Shown one piece after another: positions 1 to 9,181 of a DNA stretch of 64,000 bases (position 1 is the stretch's first letter; each line of letters starts with the position of its first letter). The stretch covers positions 1 to 64,000 of the forward strand of contig CAVRUH010000004.1 of assembly GCA_963724325.1 (NCBI GenBank). Reading direction: 5' to 3'. The notes under the pieces were generated by a model that did no database searches, was not told the DNA's origin, and saw only the letters and a list, made by a program, of their open reading frames with translations. The stretch comes from Waddliaceae bacterium (GTDB lineage Bacteria; Chlamydiota; Chlamydiia; Chlamydiales; Waddliaceae). Made by a program: the position numbers and the translations under genes.

Positions 1-15
1 TATTATTTTTTTCAT
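1..15 (-). CDS. 5' end of a gene running off the window (MKKII...)
   Basis: ATG at 15 preceded by a GAGGAG ribosome-binding site on the minus strand; signal-peptide-like start. Confidence 0.5.
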
Positions 16-88
16 GAAAAACTCCTCTAATTAATTGTAAATAAAACTTAGAACCAAAAACTTGAGAGATGAATAATCATTTTTTTAA

Positions 89-152
89 TGCCCATGACTT
101 GCGCTTAACAGCGCCGCGTCATGGGCAACTTTCAGGTTATCCCTAACGGGAT
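89..152. repeat. REP-like double hairpin
   Basis: TGCCCATGAC...GTCATGGGCA stem (89-127) with inner GCGC/GCGC, followed by ATCCC-TAAC-GGGAT (139-152). Confidence 0.55.
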
Positions 153-176
153 TTCCCAAATTGATTGCAACACTGC

Positions 177-443
177 TTATTTGACTTCAGAAGGGGCCTT
201 TTCATTTGAAACAGGCGTCATGACTTTTGGTGCTTGAGCATTGGCTCCGCCTTTAACCCCTTGATCAGAACTAGGGGTATTTTTTGCTTCACAAAAGTCC
301 TTGTTTGCGTTTTTAGTATTAGGAGTAAAATTTTCACTCTTAACACTATCACGATTTCCTTCTTGTCCTTTAACTTCACTAGTCATAGCCATTAGACTAA
401 TGACAGGAAGTAATGCCGCAAAAATTAATACTAACTTTTTCAT
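177..443 (-). CDS. small secreted low-complexity hypothetical protein
   Basis: Start moved to MKKLVLIF (GGAGGTGG RBS upstream); hydrophobic signal peptide followed by a polar tail. Confidence 0.65.
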   Translation of the reverse strand: MKKLVLIFAALLPVISLMAMTSEVKGQEGNRDSVKSENFTPNTKNANKDFCEAKNTPSSDQGVKGGANAQAPKVMTPVSNEKAPSEVK

Positions 444-502
444 AACCACCTCCCCGGTTGCACCCTCATAATACAATTTTTTTTATTATTTGTCAATATG
501 CC

Positions 503-1540
503 CTACAAGGCATTTAGAATCAAAGACTTACGAAATAATAACCTACCTCTTGCACTGAGAATAAGCTTTTCTGTCATAGACCAATCAAGACATGGATCGG
601 TCACAGAGACGCCATACTTTAATGAAGATGGATCTGCTGGTATTTCCTGACTCCCTGCAAATAGATTACTTTCCAACACCATACCCCTAATAGCATCATT
701 TCCCTCTAAAATCTGGCTAACGACATCTTCTAAAACATCAGCTTGCCGATGATACACTCTTTTAGAATTCCCATGTGAACAATCAATTAGCAATCTAGTA
801 GGAAGCTTCCATTTCTCCAACAACCTTATTGACTGCATAACCGATTTCGAATCGTAATTTTCTGTATTCTCACCACCCCGCAAAACGATATGACAGTCTG
901 GATTGCCATCTGAATTGATGATTGCCATGCAACCTGCGTCATTAATTCCATAATAGGTATGCGATTGCCCAGCTGAAACAACCCCCTGGACGGCAATATC
1001 AATATTTCCATCAGTATTATTCTTAAATCCAATAGGAATCGGAAGTCCCGAAGCTGCTTGACGATGTATCTGCGAAGAAGCAGTCCTGGCCCCCACACAA
1101 CCCCATGAAAGATAATCTCCAAAATAACAAAAAGAAGCAGGCTCTAATATCTCCGTAGCTATTGGCAGTTCAAGATCTGTCAAATCTGAAAGCAATCTCC
1201 GCGTTTTACGTAGTCCAGCATTAATATCACAAGAGCCATCCAAATGAGGATCATAAAGCATCCCCTTCCAGCCATCAATAGTTCTTGGCTTTTCATAATA
1301 AGACCGCATCAAAACTAAAAAAGTATCGGAGACTGCAGAGGCTAAAAGCGATAGTTTTTTAGCATATTCTTTTGTTGCTGCAGAATCATGAACGGAACAC
1401 GGACCAACAACGAGCAATAACCTTTTATCGATCCCTTCCAAGATATTTCGCACGTGATCGCGCGACCGCTCCACAAAACACATCTGTTTGACACCCAAAG
1501 GAATTTCCTTCGAAATGTCTCTTGGCGATAGCAAAGTCAT
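503..1540 (-). CDS. 3-deoxy-7-phosphoheptulonate (DAHP) synthase, class I alpha (AroF/G/H type)
   Basis: VVGPCSVHD, YYEKPRT, GWKG, GART, GFKN, DCSHGNS and GVSVTDPC motifs; start moved to MTLLSP. Confidence 0.93.
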   Translation of the reverse strand: MTLLSPRDISKEIPLGVKQMCFVERSRDHVRNILEGIDKRLLLVVGPCSVHDSAATKEYAKKLSLLASAVSDTFLVLMRSYYEKPRTIDGWKGMLYDPHLDGSCDINAGLRKTRRLLSDLTDLELPIATEILEPASFCYFGDYLSWGCVGARTASSQIHRQAASGLPIPIGFKNNTDGNIDIAVQGVVSAGQSHTYYGINDAGCMAIINSDGNPDCHIVLRGGENTENYDSKSVMQSIRLLEKWKLPTRLLIDCSHGNSKRVYHRQADVLEDVVSQILEGNDAIRGMVLESNLFAGSQEIPADPSSLKYGVSVTDPCLDWSMTEKLILSARGRLLFRKSLILNAL

Positions 1541-1668
1541 GTTCTTTCCTTTTTCAATAAAAAACAACATTAGCAAAAAACCAGGGAAAGCTCAATCAAA
1601 AATTTTTTCAAGAGGACTATAATCCGGGAAAATGCTACAATAAGCCCATAATACAAGGAGGATTTAAA

Positions 1669-2262
1669 ATGACCACATTTACAATCATTTTATTAGCAAT
1701 TATCGCCATCGTTGTTTTTTCTGCAATTGGAATCTACAACAGACTTGTGACACTAAAAAACCAAGTAAAAAATGCCTGGAGCCAAATTGACGTCCAACTC
1801 CAACGTCGCTACGACCTAATTCCTAATCTGGTCGAAACCGCCAAAGGTTACATGAACTTCGAAAAAGGAACACTTGAAGCAGTGATTCAAGCTCGTAATC
1901 AAGCAGTCTCAGCCCGAAATTCAATCCAAAAGCAAGGCGGTCCAACTGAAGGATCCCTAAAAGAATTAATTGGAGCTGAAGCTACCCTTGGTGGAGCTCT
2001 CGGCAAGGTCTTTGCATTGGTAGAAAGCTACCCGCAACTTCGGGCAAGCGAACCCATGATGCGCGTACAGGAAGAGCTCAGTTCCACAGAAAATAAAGTT
2101 GCCTTTTCGAGACAAGCTTATAACGATCAGGTTCTGATGTACAATACAACACAGCAGAAGTTCCCCGCGGTCCTCCTTGCTGGAGCCTTTGGCCATCACC
2201 CAGCTGATTTGTATGAAGTTGAATCCTCAGATGCAAAAAAGGCCCCTAAAGTGAGCTTCTAA
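1669..2262 (+). CDS. lemA: LemA family protein
   Basis: N-terminal TM, YNRLV, WSQIDVQLQRRYDLIPNLV, ESYPQLRA, ENKVAFSRQAYN. Confidence 0.95.
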   Translation: MTTFTIILLAIIAIVVFSAIGIYNRLVTLKNQVKNAWSQIDVQLQRRYDLIPNLVETAKGYMNFEKGTLEAVIQARNQAVSARNSIQKQGGPTEGSLKELIGAEATLGGALGKVFALVESYPQLRASEPMMRVQEELSSTENKVAFSRQAYNDQVLMYNTTQQKFPAVLLAGAFGHHPADLYEVESSDAKKAPKVSF

Positions 2263-2264
2263 TT

Positions 2265-3215
2265 ATGGCAATGAATTTCTGGGAGGCCCAAAAAAAGGCG
2301 AAATCAAATACAGCCATCTATGTCACAATCTTTATTATTTTATCGATATTGGTGGCTGTTGGCGTTGAGATTGCGTATGAGAACATCACAGGGACATATG
2401 GAGAAATTCCGGTTGTTGGACCACTCTTTTTGATCATCACCCTTTGCGTCTCCGGATTCCAATATTCGATGTTTAGTTCCTATGGCGGGAGTTATGTGGC
2501 CGAATCTGTTGGAGGGTATCGAATCAACCCAAATACACAGGATCCTAAAGAAAAGCAACTCCTGAATATTGTAGAGGAGATAGCCCTTTCTGCATCGCTT
2601 CCCACTCCCCCTGTCTATGTCATACCGGCACATCAAATCAATGCCTTTGCTGCAGGTGTCACACCTCATAATGCAGCAATAGCAGTCACGGAAGGGACAT
2701 TAAATCTGCTAAACCGTGAAGAACTGCAAGGTGTGGTGGCGCATGAGTTTGGTCATATTTTCAATGGTGACATGAAAATAAGCATGCGCCTTGCTGCAAT
2801 GGTGATGGGATTCTTCTTTATCCTGTACTTTGGGCTCCGTTTGCTGCAGCTATCTGGGCTGAGCAGAGCAAGTCGCAATGGCAACAAAAAGGGGGGAAAT
2901 CCTGTGCAGTTGGCTGCATTGCTTTTCCTAATTGCTGGGGCGATCACTTGGCTGTTTGGATCGATCCTTAAGGCATCTGTAAGCAGGGAACGTGAGTACC
3001 TCGCCGATGCATGTGCCGTGCAGTTTACGCGCAATCCTGAAGGGATAGCAAATGCCCTTCGCAAAATTGCCAAAGAGTCTACGAAAGACATGCCTAAAGC
3101 AGGCATGGCCTTTTCGCACATGTACTTAGATAATCACAACTCACTTGATTCCCTCTTCGCCACACATCCCCCCCTAGAAAAGCGCATCGCCGCCATCGAA
3201 GGAACATCGAAATGA
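2265..3215 (+). CDS. M48 family (HtpX-like) membrane zinc metalloprotease
   Basis: INAFAAG, AHEFGH (HExxH), SREREYLAD, FATHPP; usual partner of lemA. Confidence 0.92.
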   Translation: MAMNFWEAQKKAKSNTAIYVTIFIILSILVAVGVEIAYENITGTYGEIPVVGPLFLIITLCVSGFQYSMFSSYGGSYVAESVGGYRINPNTQDPKEKQLLNIVEEIALSASLPTPPVYVIPAHQINAFAAGVTPHNAAIAVTEGTLNLLNREELQGVVAHEFGHIFNGDMKISMRLAAMVMGFFFILYFGLRLLQLSGLSRASRNGNKKGGNPVQLAALLFLIAGAITWLFGSILKASVSREREYLADACAVQFTRNPEGIANALRKIAKESTKDMPKAGMAFSHMYLDNHNSLDSLFATHPPLEKRIAAIEGTSK

Positions 3216-3370
3216 AAGTACCAAAACATTACGAATTTAAACCTATGACAGAAATATCAGCCCGCGAACTCTGGCTCTACAAAAACCCACAAGCACTAAA
3301 AGATGTCCAAGAGGGAATAAAGATTTATAGCAGAGGCTCTTTTGCCAAGTATGTCAAAGATGATATTTGA
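3212..3370 (+). CDS. 52-aa antitoxin-like small ORF (possibly degenerate), not in the ORF track
   Basis: MKVPKHYEFKPMTEISARELWLYKNPQALKDVQEGIKIYSRGSFAKYVKDDI; ATGA overlap with the M48 gene; overlaps a 15-codon RelE-like start at 3360. Confidence 0.45.
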   Translation: MKVPKHYEFKPMTEISARELWLYKNPQALKDVQEGIKIYSRGSFAKYVKDDI

Positions 3371-3378
3371 ACTCGGAT

Positions 3379-4362
3379 TTACTGAAAAAGCTGCTGAACA
3401 TCATTAGCTAATAGAATCTCGTCCCACACAGGAATAAAGCGATCAAGCATTCTAATTAAGCTTTGCTCGCGAGACAAGTTGCTCTCGTCCCTTGCATGTA
3501 AGATGTAAGTCGCGCGTCGCAATATAAAATCAACTGCAGCAGGAATGATAGGATTGCTAACAGAATTCTGCCTAGCATAAGCATCTGCGGTGCGAATAGC
3601 CAAATCATGGTGCACGTTAAAGAGTTTTCCAAATTCAATCGAATAATCACCAATCACTGCATCGGAAAAATCAAAAACGCCAGTTACTTTCTGCGTGTTG
3701 ACATCGAAAGCAAAATTGCCTCCATGGAGGTCGTTGTGAAGCAGGACTTGATACCCATTATTATTAGGATGCCGATTAGAATACTCCAGCGCCTCGGTAA
3801 TTATTCTTTCAATCTCGGGAGATGGCAGTGTGCCTATCAATGAGTCTCTTATCCATTCATGTGGAACACGATATTCGCGATATCCCCAATCCAATGCCTC
3901 TTCGATATCTACAGCATTATGCAATTGTGTTAGAAATAGCGAAAGCGTTTCCGCCACTTCCTGTCGAACATCTTCGGTTAGCGAAAGATATAGTTCTTCT
4001 TCCAGAGCCGCTCCAGGTATTTTTCGATACCCGACGAAGGATGTTCGAGCACCAACGAACTCGTAATAAGGAATAGGTATTGAGATATTTTCGTGAAGAC
4101 AATTGAGTAGTTTTTGTTCGCGCTCTAACGTAGATATGAATGCTTCGGAACGTGGAAAACGAAAAATCCAATCTCCATTAACTTCTGCCACTAGATTATC
4201 CCAGCCAGATGAAATAAGTGTAATGGAATCGACAGTAAGCGAGGGTATTTCTTCTACCAAAACAGTTCTTACAGTTGATTCATCATGGCCTTTAAGTAGT
4301 ATTGGGTCTGCTACTACAGGGGTTGCAAAAATGCATAGGGCTAATAGAATATATCGGCACAT
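3379..4362 (-). CDS. aminoglycoside-phosphotransferase (APH)-family kinase with N-terminal signal peptide
   Basis: SGWDN, WIFRFPR, LHNDLHGGN (Brenner-type), GVFDFSD; N-terminus MCRYILLALCIFATPVVA-DP. Confidence 0.85.
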   Translation of the reverse strand: MCRYILLALCIFATPVVADPILLKGHDESTVRTVLVEEIPSLTVDSITLISSGWDNLVAEVNGDWIFRFPRSEAFISTLEREQKLLNCLHENISIPIPYYEFVGARTSFVGYRKIPGAALEEELYLSLTEDVRQEVAETLSLFLTQLHNAVDIEEALDWGYREYRVPHEWIRDSLIGTLPSPEIERIITEALEYSNRHPNNNGYQVLLHNDLHGGNFAFDVNTQKVTGVFDFSDAVIGDYSIEFGKLFNVHHDLAIRTADAYARQNSVSNPIIPAAVDFILRRATYILHARDESNLSREQSLIRMLDRFIPVWDEILLANDVQQLFQ

Positions 4363-4397
4363 AAAATCATTTCCAAAGCAATAATTTAATAAATTTT

Positions 4398-5381
4398 TCA
4401 GATCGCCTTGCCTTCGGCAATTAGTTTTTTTAGGGTTTCATAAGCGACATTTCTGCCACTGAGCAGAACAACAGTTTTCCCGGATAATTTGGGCATACTT
4501 TTGGATAGGCAAGCAGCCACTGTAACAACTGCGGAAGGCTCTATAAGAGACTGATGATTTTGGAGCATCCATCGCACAGCTTCACAAATTTCCTGCTCAT
4601 TCAATAATAATACATCGTCAATTCGACTTTTAAGTACTTCAAAACAGAGCTCTCCAATTCCACCTTCAATTCCTCCAGCTACTGTTTCTATTCCTGGAAG
4701 TGCTGTTACTGCCTTTCCACATTCCAGAGACAGTTTGAGAGCAGGCGAATCTATATGTTGACATCCAATTAGCCTAACGCTAGGTTTCATTTCTTTAAAA
4801 TAAAAAGCAATACCTCCAGCAAGGCCCCCACCACCCACAGGAAAGATGACGTTTTGAACATCAGGTACGGCATTTAGTATTTCCATAGCAATTGTTCCAC
4901 CATTGCCCGCCATAATTCTCTCGTCTTCAAATGCGCTAATGAAATGCTGTCCGGATATTTGCACTTCTTTCTTTGCCCATTCAAGAGTATCATCATATCC
5001 CTCAAAATCTGATCGAACAACTTTTGCGCCTAATTTTTGAATTTTTTGACATTTTGCGTTGTCGGCATTTTTAGGAACATAAACGGTACAAGTGATTCCG
5101 GCATTTTTAGCTGCGTATGCTACTCCAAGGCCGTGATTTCCTGCTGAACACGCTGCGACTCCTTTATTTTTTTCAGGGTCACTTAAGGTCGAAAGATAAA
5201 ACAAGGCTCCTCTGACTTTGAATGAACCAGTAGTTTGTTGAGCTTCCAACTTAAAATAAGTTGGGGCTCCTAAATGTTCCGATAGGAAGGTGGATTGTTC
5301 CATAGGTGTTCGAAGGATTTTCCCCTCAACAAGGGCATTCGCCTGCAATATTAGATCAAGATTTAGCTCGTATTTTTTCAT
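4398..5381 (-). CDS. PLP-dependent threonine/serine dehydratase family protein (no regulatory domain)
   Basis: KLEAQQTTGSFKVRGA, SAGNHG, PVGGGGL, EPS, LSGRN. Confidence 0.9.
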   Translation of the reverse strand: MKKYELNLDLILQANALVEGKILRTPMEQSTFLSEHLGAPTYFKLEAQQTTGSFKVRGALFYLSTLSDPEKNKGVAACSAGNHGLGVAYAAKNAGITCTVYVPKNADNAKCQKIQKLGAKVVRSDFEGYDDTLEWAKKEVQISGQHFISAFEDERIMAGNGGTIAMEILNAVPDVQNVIFPVGGGGLAGGIAFYFKEMKPSVRLIGCQHIDSPALKLSLECGKAVTALPGIETVAGGIEGGIGELCFEVLKSRIDDVLLLNEQEICEAVRWMLQNHQSLIEPSAVVTVAACLSKSMPKLSGKTVVLLSGRNVAYETLKKLIAEGKAI

Positions 5382-5450
5382 TTCTGGATGGTCTCCTTTC
5401 ATCTAAGGAGGCCAAAGATATCAAATTAGCCCTTAATGGTCAATTGCAAT

Positions 5451-6908
5451 TTAGGGAAAACCAAATAGATCTTGCATTGTAAGTTGCTTTTGAACAGTGC
5501 CTAGATAATGGATATTTTCTTCAACACCATATGGTGTAATTATTGTAATAAATATAGTTTTTTTAGTACCACTTTCTCTCTGAAAAACCCTCTGTTTTCT
5601 TTCCAATTCTTCTTTATCGCGCTTGGTGAATATATAAACATCATTACTAAACTTCATTTCAAATAAATTCATACAGTTATCGGCACGATCCATGATCAGA
5701 TCTATCTGAGCACCTTCATTCACTTTGTCACCACGAAAAGACCATTGTGTTTCAAATGTACTGACCCCGCCAAGTCCAAGAGATTTTTTGATATTAGCGA
5801 CATGCTTTAAACAAATATTTTCAAATGCATAACCGGTCCATGTTAACCACTTCTGTGAAGATTGTACCTTCAAGCAATATTCTGGATCACTTTTACGTAG
5901 AATACTACTGCGCATACCCTCAATCCAGGTAAGATAAAAGAAAGAGTACTCATCAGTAAGCCGCCACTGTTTATCTTTTACATTTTTTCCATGTGCTTGA
6001 AAACTCATGATAAAACCACTCTCTTCAAGCTCCTCTAGCGTAGATGATGCATGACCTCCAGCAGAAATTCCGGTATTATAATAGATTTCAGATTGCGTTA
6101 ATCCATATCTATGTTCGGCTAAAATTTTGACAACTTTGATATGCTTCTCAGCTGAGTCAAAAAGAGACTTAAAAAGTTTTGGGAATTCTTGAAATAAAAA
6201 TCCCTGCGGTTTAAAACAAAGCTCTTCTAGTAGCTGTGAAACGGACATTCCAGGTTTAATAAAATTTAAATATTTAGGAATACCACCTATGGCCATATAT
6301 AACGTTATGAGTTGTTTTCGATCAAACTTTATCCCCCTGGCTAAAAGAAGACACTCAACTTCAGTCAACGTGAATGGTTCCAAACGCATTTGAGCACTTA
6401 AACGTCCATATAAGCCCCCTTTGTCGTGGATAACATTGTGAATCATCCAAGCTGCTGCAGAGCCGCAAACTATAAGTTTTACATTTTTCATCCGCGAAAT
6501 ATGCCGATTCCAAAAATAATCCAGAGCACGAAGGAAGCCAGAACGAGGGGTTGAAAGCCAAGGAAGTTCATCAAAGAAAAGGATCACTTTTTGTGTTTCC
6601 GGAATTTTACTGATAGCTTCTTTAAGCATATGGAAAGCATCTCCCCAATCTTTCGGAACGGCATTTGCTTCTATATCAGAGAATATAGCTGTGAATTCTC
6701 GATAGAAGTTACGAAGCTGCTCTGATTTAGGAGCTTTTTTGCTGCCCGTTATTTCAAAATAAATTCCTTTATCCTTAAAGAATTCACTAATGAGAAAAGT
6801 CTTGCCAACGCGACGCCGACCATAGATTGCAATAAATTCAGCTTTGTCAGAATCGTAAAGCTCCTTTAATTGCCTTTTCTCGTTTTCCCTGCCAAAAAAG
6901 AAATCCAT
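5451..6908 (-). CDS. AAA-type ATPase with winged helix and C-terminal PD-(D/E)XK-like domain
   Basis: FFGRENE, YGRRRVGKT (Walker A), FFDELPW (Walker B), C-terminal QIDLIMDR...FEMKF. Confidence 0.88.
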   Translation of the reverse strand: MDFFFGRENEKRQLKELYDSDKAEFIAIYGRRRVGKTFLISEFFKDKGIYFEITGSKKAPKSEQLRNFYREFTAIFSDIEANAVPKDWGDAFHMLKEAISKIPETQKVILFFDELPWLSTPRSGFLRALDYFWNRHISRMKNVKLIVCGSAAAWMIHNVIHDKGGLYGRLSAQMRLEPFTLTEVECLLLARGIKFDRKQLITLYMAIGGIPKYLNFIKPGMSVSQLLEELCFKPQGFLFQEFPKLFKSLFDSAEKHIKVVKILAEHRYGLTQSEIYYNTGISAGGHASSTLEELEESGFIMSFQAHGKNVKDKQWRLTDEYSFFYLTWIEGMRSSILRKSDPEYCLKVQSSQKWLTWTGYAFENICLKHVANIKKSLGLGGVSTFETQWSFRGDKVNEGAQIDLIMDRADNCMNLFEMKFSNDVYIFTKRDKEELERKQRVFQRESGTKKTIFITIITPYGVEENIHYLGTVQKQLTMQDLFGFP

Positions 6909-6969
6909 ATGTTGAACCTTTGTAACTACTTCCAATCTAATTATATTAAATCATGGAATTTTTGAGAAG

Positions 6970-7089
6970 AAGATTCCGCCCGTTTGAGGCTTCAAATGGG
7001 CAGAATCTGATAAAATTTACAAGATTCCGCCCATTTGATACGTCAAACGGGCAGAATCTAGCTAAATTTACAAGATTCTGCCCGTTTGA
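6970..7089. repeat. 51-bp tandem repeat (about 2.4 units), each unit a 17-bp-arm palindrome
   Basis: Units at 6970-7020, 7021-7071 and a partial unit at 7072-7089; AGATTCYGCCCRTTTGA-N4-TCAAAYGGGCAGAATCT. Confidence 0.9.
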
Positions 7090-7097
7090 CGTATAAT

Positions 7098-8363
7098 TCA
7101 TATCAGCGTAAGCAAGTGTTTTTTTTGCCAACCTTTAAGATAATCAAGCACAATTTGCTCGGGTAAATTGACATCCTTGGCTAATTGATCCACAAACTTA
7201 TAATTGGGAAGTAATGGCATTTCATCCATCAAAGCCCTCAAGTTTTTGAGTGTAGCATCTGTAAGCGGAGCAAATGCTGGTTGTCCTGGATCTATATAGA
7301 GATCATAATCCGGGTGCGCTAGAGAATAGAGCCCTTCAAAATTCCTTTTAATTAGAATTTTTTTCTCGAACTTTTTAATTACTTCATAAAGATGCGATAC
7401 GCTGGATGCCAGGGAATCTTTTGAGATGATATTCAAGTTATCGCGATCTGAATGGTATTCCTGATAAGGGTACCGAGTCAGCGTGCACATTGGAATATGA
7501 TGACTTTCCCAAACCACCTCGTCATTACAAATGATACTTCTAAAAGGCCCTGAAGAAAGCGACAGGTTATTTTCTAATAGTTCCTCAATGCAACTTTTCT
7601 CTTCACGACTTTTTTGTAGAGCCAAAGGTGTCGCAGACCCAAGCATCTCAAGAAAACAGGATTCAATAATATTGCTATCAGCCGTTTTGTCCAAGTAGAA
7701 AACTGATCCTATGATCTCCTGAACAATCACTAAACGGTACGTAAATTTTGTTTTCATGGCGGCAATCTTATGAAAAAGCTCAACACCAACAGCCACTCCT
7801 GATAAATCATCATTTGCCATTCCTGGGTGGTCTAAATGGGCAACAAAAGCAAGGCTTTCCTTGTTGTCACCAACTTTTTCATACTCGGCCACCTTTAAAA
7901 TACCTTGAGACTCTTTGGTTATTATCTCAACCTGATATTCTCCTGGTTCAAGTGAATCATAAAATGCTTTGGATACACAAAATCCCCAGTTTCGCTCCCA
8001 GGGACGGTAGTGTTGCCTGAAGTGATAAGGTATGCTCAAATTGTCTCGATGATCGTAATGGAGGTGTTTTTGAAGTTCTTCACAAGAAACAGTTCCAGTA
8101 AAACTTAAAGAAAGGCCAATAATTTTAAGCGGATGGTCCACCTCGAAAATAGTTTTCCCATCTTTTTTTATCACACCTTTAACTAAATCCCACTTAGGCG
8201 GGATTACCCACCCTTTATAGGGAGAGGTTGTTTGATATTCGTGAATCTTAAATGGGAGAATAGTTTGAAGAAATTTAAGACTTTCATCATAATCTGACGA
8301 GCAGAAAATCCGATTCATACGCCATAAGTTCTCTATCACTTGATATGCTATCGTGACCTGCAT
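7098..8363 (-). CDS. DUF4910/DUF2172 aminopeptidase-like protein with C-terminal HTH
   Basis: GWVIPPKW, WGFCVS, AHLDHPGMANDDLSGV, YQEYHSDRDN. Confidence 0.8.
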   Translation of the reverse strand: MQVTIAYQVIENLWRMNRIFCSSDYDESLKFLQTILPFKIHEYQTTSPYKGWVIPPKWDLVKGVIKKDGKTIFEVDHPLKIIGLSLSFTGTVSCEELQKHLHYDHRDNLSIPYHFRQHYRPWERNWGFCVSKAFYDSLEPGEYQVEIITKESQGILKVAEYEKVGDNKESLAFVAHLDHPGMANDDLSGVAVGVELFHKIAAMKTKFTYRLVIVQEIIGSVFYLDKTADSNIIESCFLEMLGSATPLALQKSREEKSCIEELLENNLSLSSGPFRSIICNDEVVWESHHIPMCTLTRYPYQEYHSDRDNLNIISKDSLASSVSHLYEVIKKFEKKILIKRNFEGLYSLAHPDYDLYIDPGQPAFAPLTDATLKNLRALMDEMPLLPNYKFVDQLAKDVNLPEQIVLDYLKGWQKKHLLTLI

Positions 8364-8365
8364 GC

Positions 8366-9181
8366 CTAACTCCTAATGATGTCTGTTGGTATTTTTCCAG
8401 GGATAAAAAGGGGTGGAGCTTGTAGAAAAAAGTAAGGATTTTGATCTAATCCTGCGATACCCACTCGGTAAGCATTTTCGGCAGTGACAGCATAGCAAGT
8501 AAGCGATTTAAAGGTGCTTTTCAGAAGTACTCCCTCTTCCTCCATTTTTACTTGGAATAGAGATAAATTATAGTTGATAGAATAATCTAAATAGCGAACG
8601 GCACTTATGGGATGCCCAGGAAGTTGTTTTCCCCCTTTGAAAACAGGATAGGGAAATATTTTAAAGTAAAGGTGAGGCACGCCATATTGCTGTTCGATAT
8701 AGTGAACGAAGGTCATCGACTGGATGGGGGCTCCAAGGAAGAGAATTTTTCCACCCATCATGCGCAATTTATGCCATGGAGATTGAATCCCATAACCTGA
8801 AAGTGAAAGACTTCCTGTGAGTTCATGAGCATTTTTTCCTATGGCAGCAATGCTCTGAAGGGGGTTGCAGCTACGAATTGCTTGAGGGTGAGATGTTACC
8901 CACTGGCTAAAAGAACCAAGCGAATCTGATACAGGCGATTTATCTGCATCAAAGGGGATTTGCTGCCTTGCATATTCGTAGAAGTAAGCTGGGACTGCAA
9001 TTGTTCCTTCATGACCTATCACAGATAATATGCAATCATAATAAAACTTTAGAATTTCCTCTCGCGTTCCAGCATGGTTTGGCAAACCAAATCCGCGCAA
9101 GTCGCTGTGAACTAAAACTGTGTCGCCTTTTTTAAGTCCGATATTTATAAGAAGCTCGATTAGCTCGTTTTCTGTGATCAT
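8366..9181 (-). CDS. AAC(3)-family N-acyltransferase
   Basis: GLKKGDTVLVHSDL, GTIAVPAY, SPW...GGKILFLG, TFVHYIEQ. Confidence 0.88.
   Translation of the reverse strand: MITENELIELLINIGLKKGDTVLVHSDLRGFGLPNHAGTREEILKFYYDCILSVIGHEGTIAVPAYFYEYARQQIPFDADKSPVSDSLGSFSQWVTSHPQAIRSCNPLQSIAAIGKNAHELTGSLSLSGYGIQSPWHKLRMMGGKILFLGAPIQSMTFVHYIEQQYGVPHLYFKIFPYPVFKGGKQLPGHPISAVRYLDYSINYNLSLFQVKMEEEGVLLKSTFKSLTCYAVTAENAYRVGIAGLDQNPYFFLQAPPLFIPGKIPTDIIRS

Noticed and set aside
6946..7131. 61-aa ORF, or a CRISPR array, at the 51-bp repeats
   Set aside because: The ORF is just the translated repeat. The linkers are 13 nt and similar to each other, and there are no cas genes.
3379..9181. Aminoglycoside-resistance island (APH plus AAC(3))
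   Set aside because: The AAC(3) gene is embedded in a biosynthetic operon and the APH-like protein has a signal peptide; family membership alone does not show resistance.
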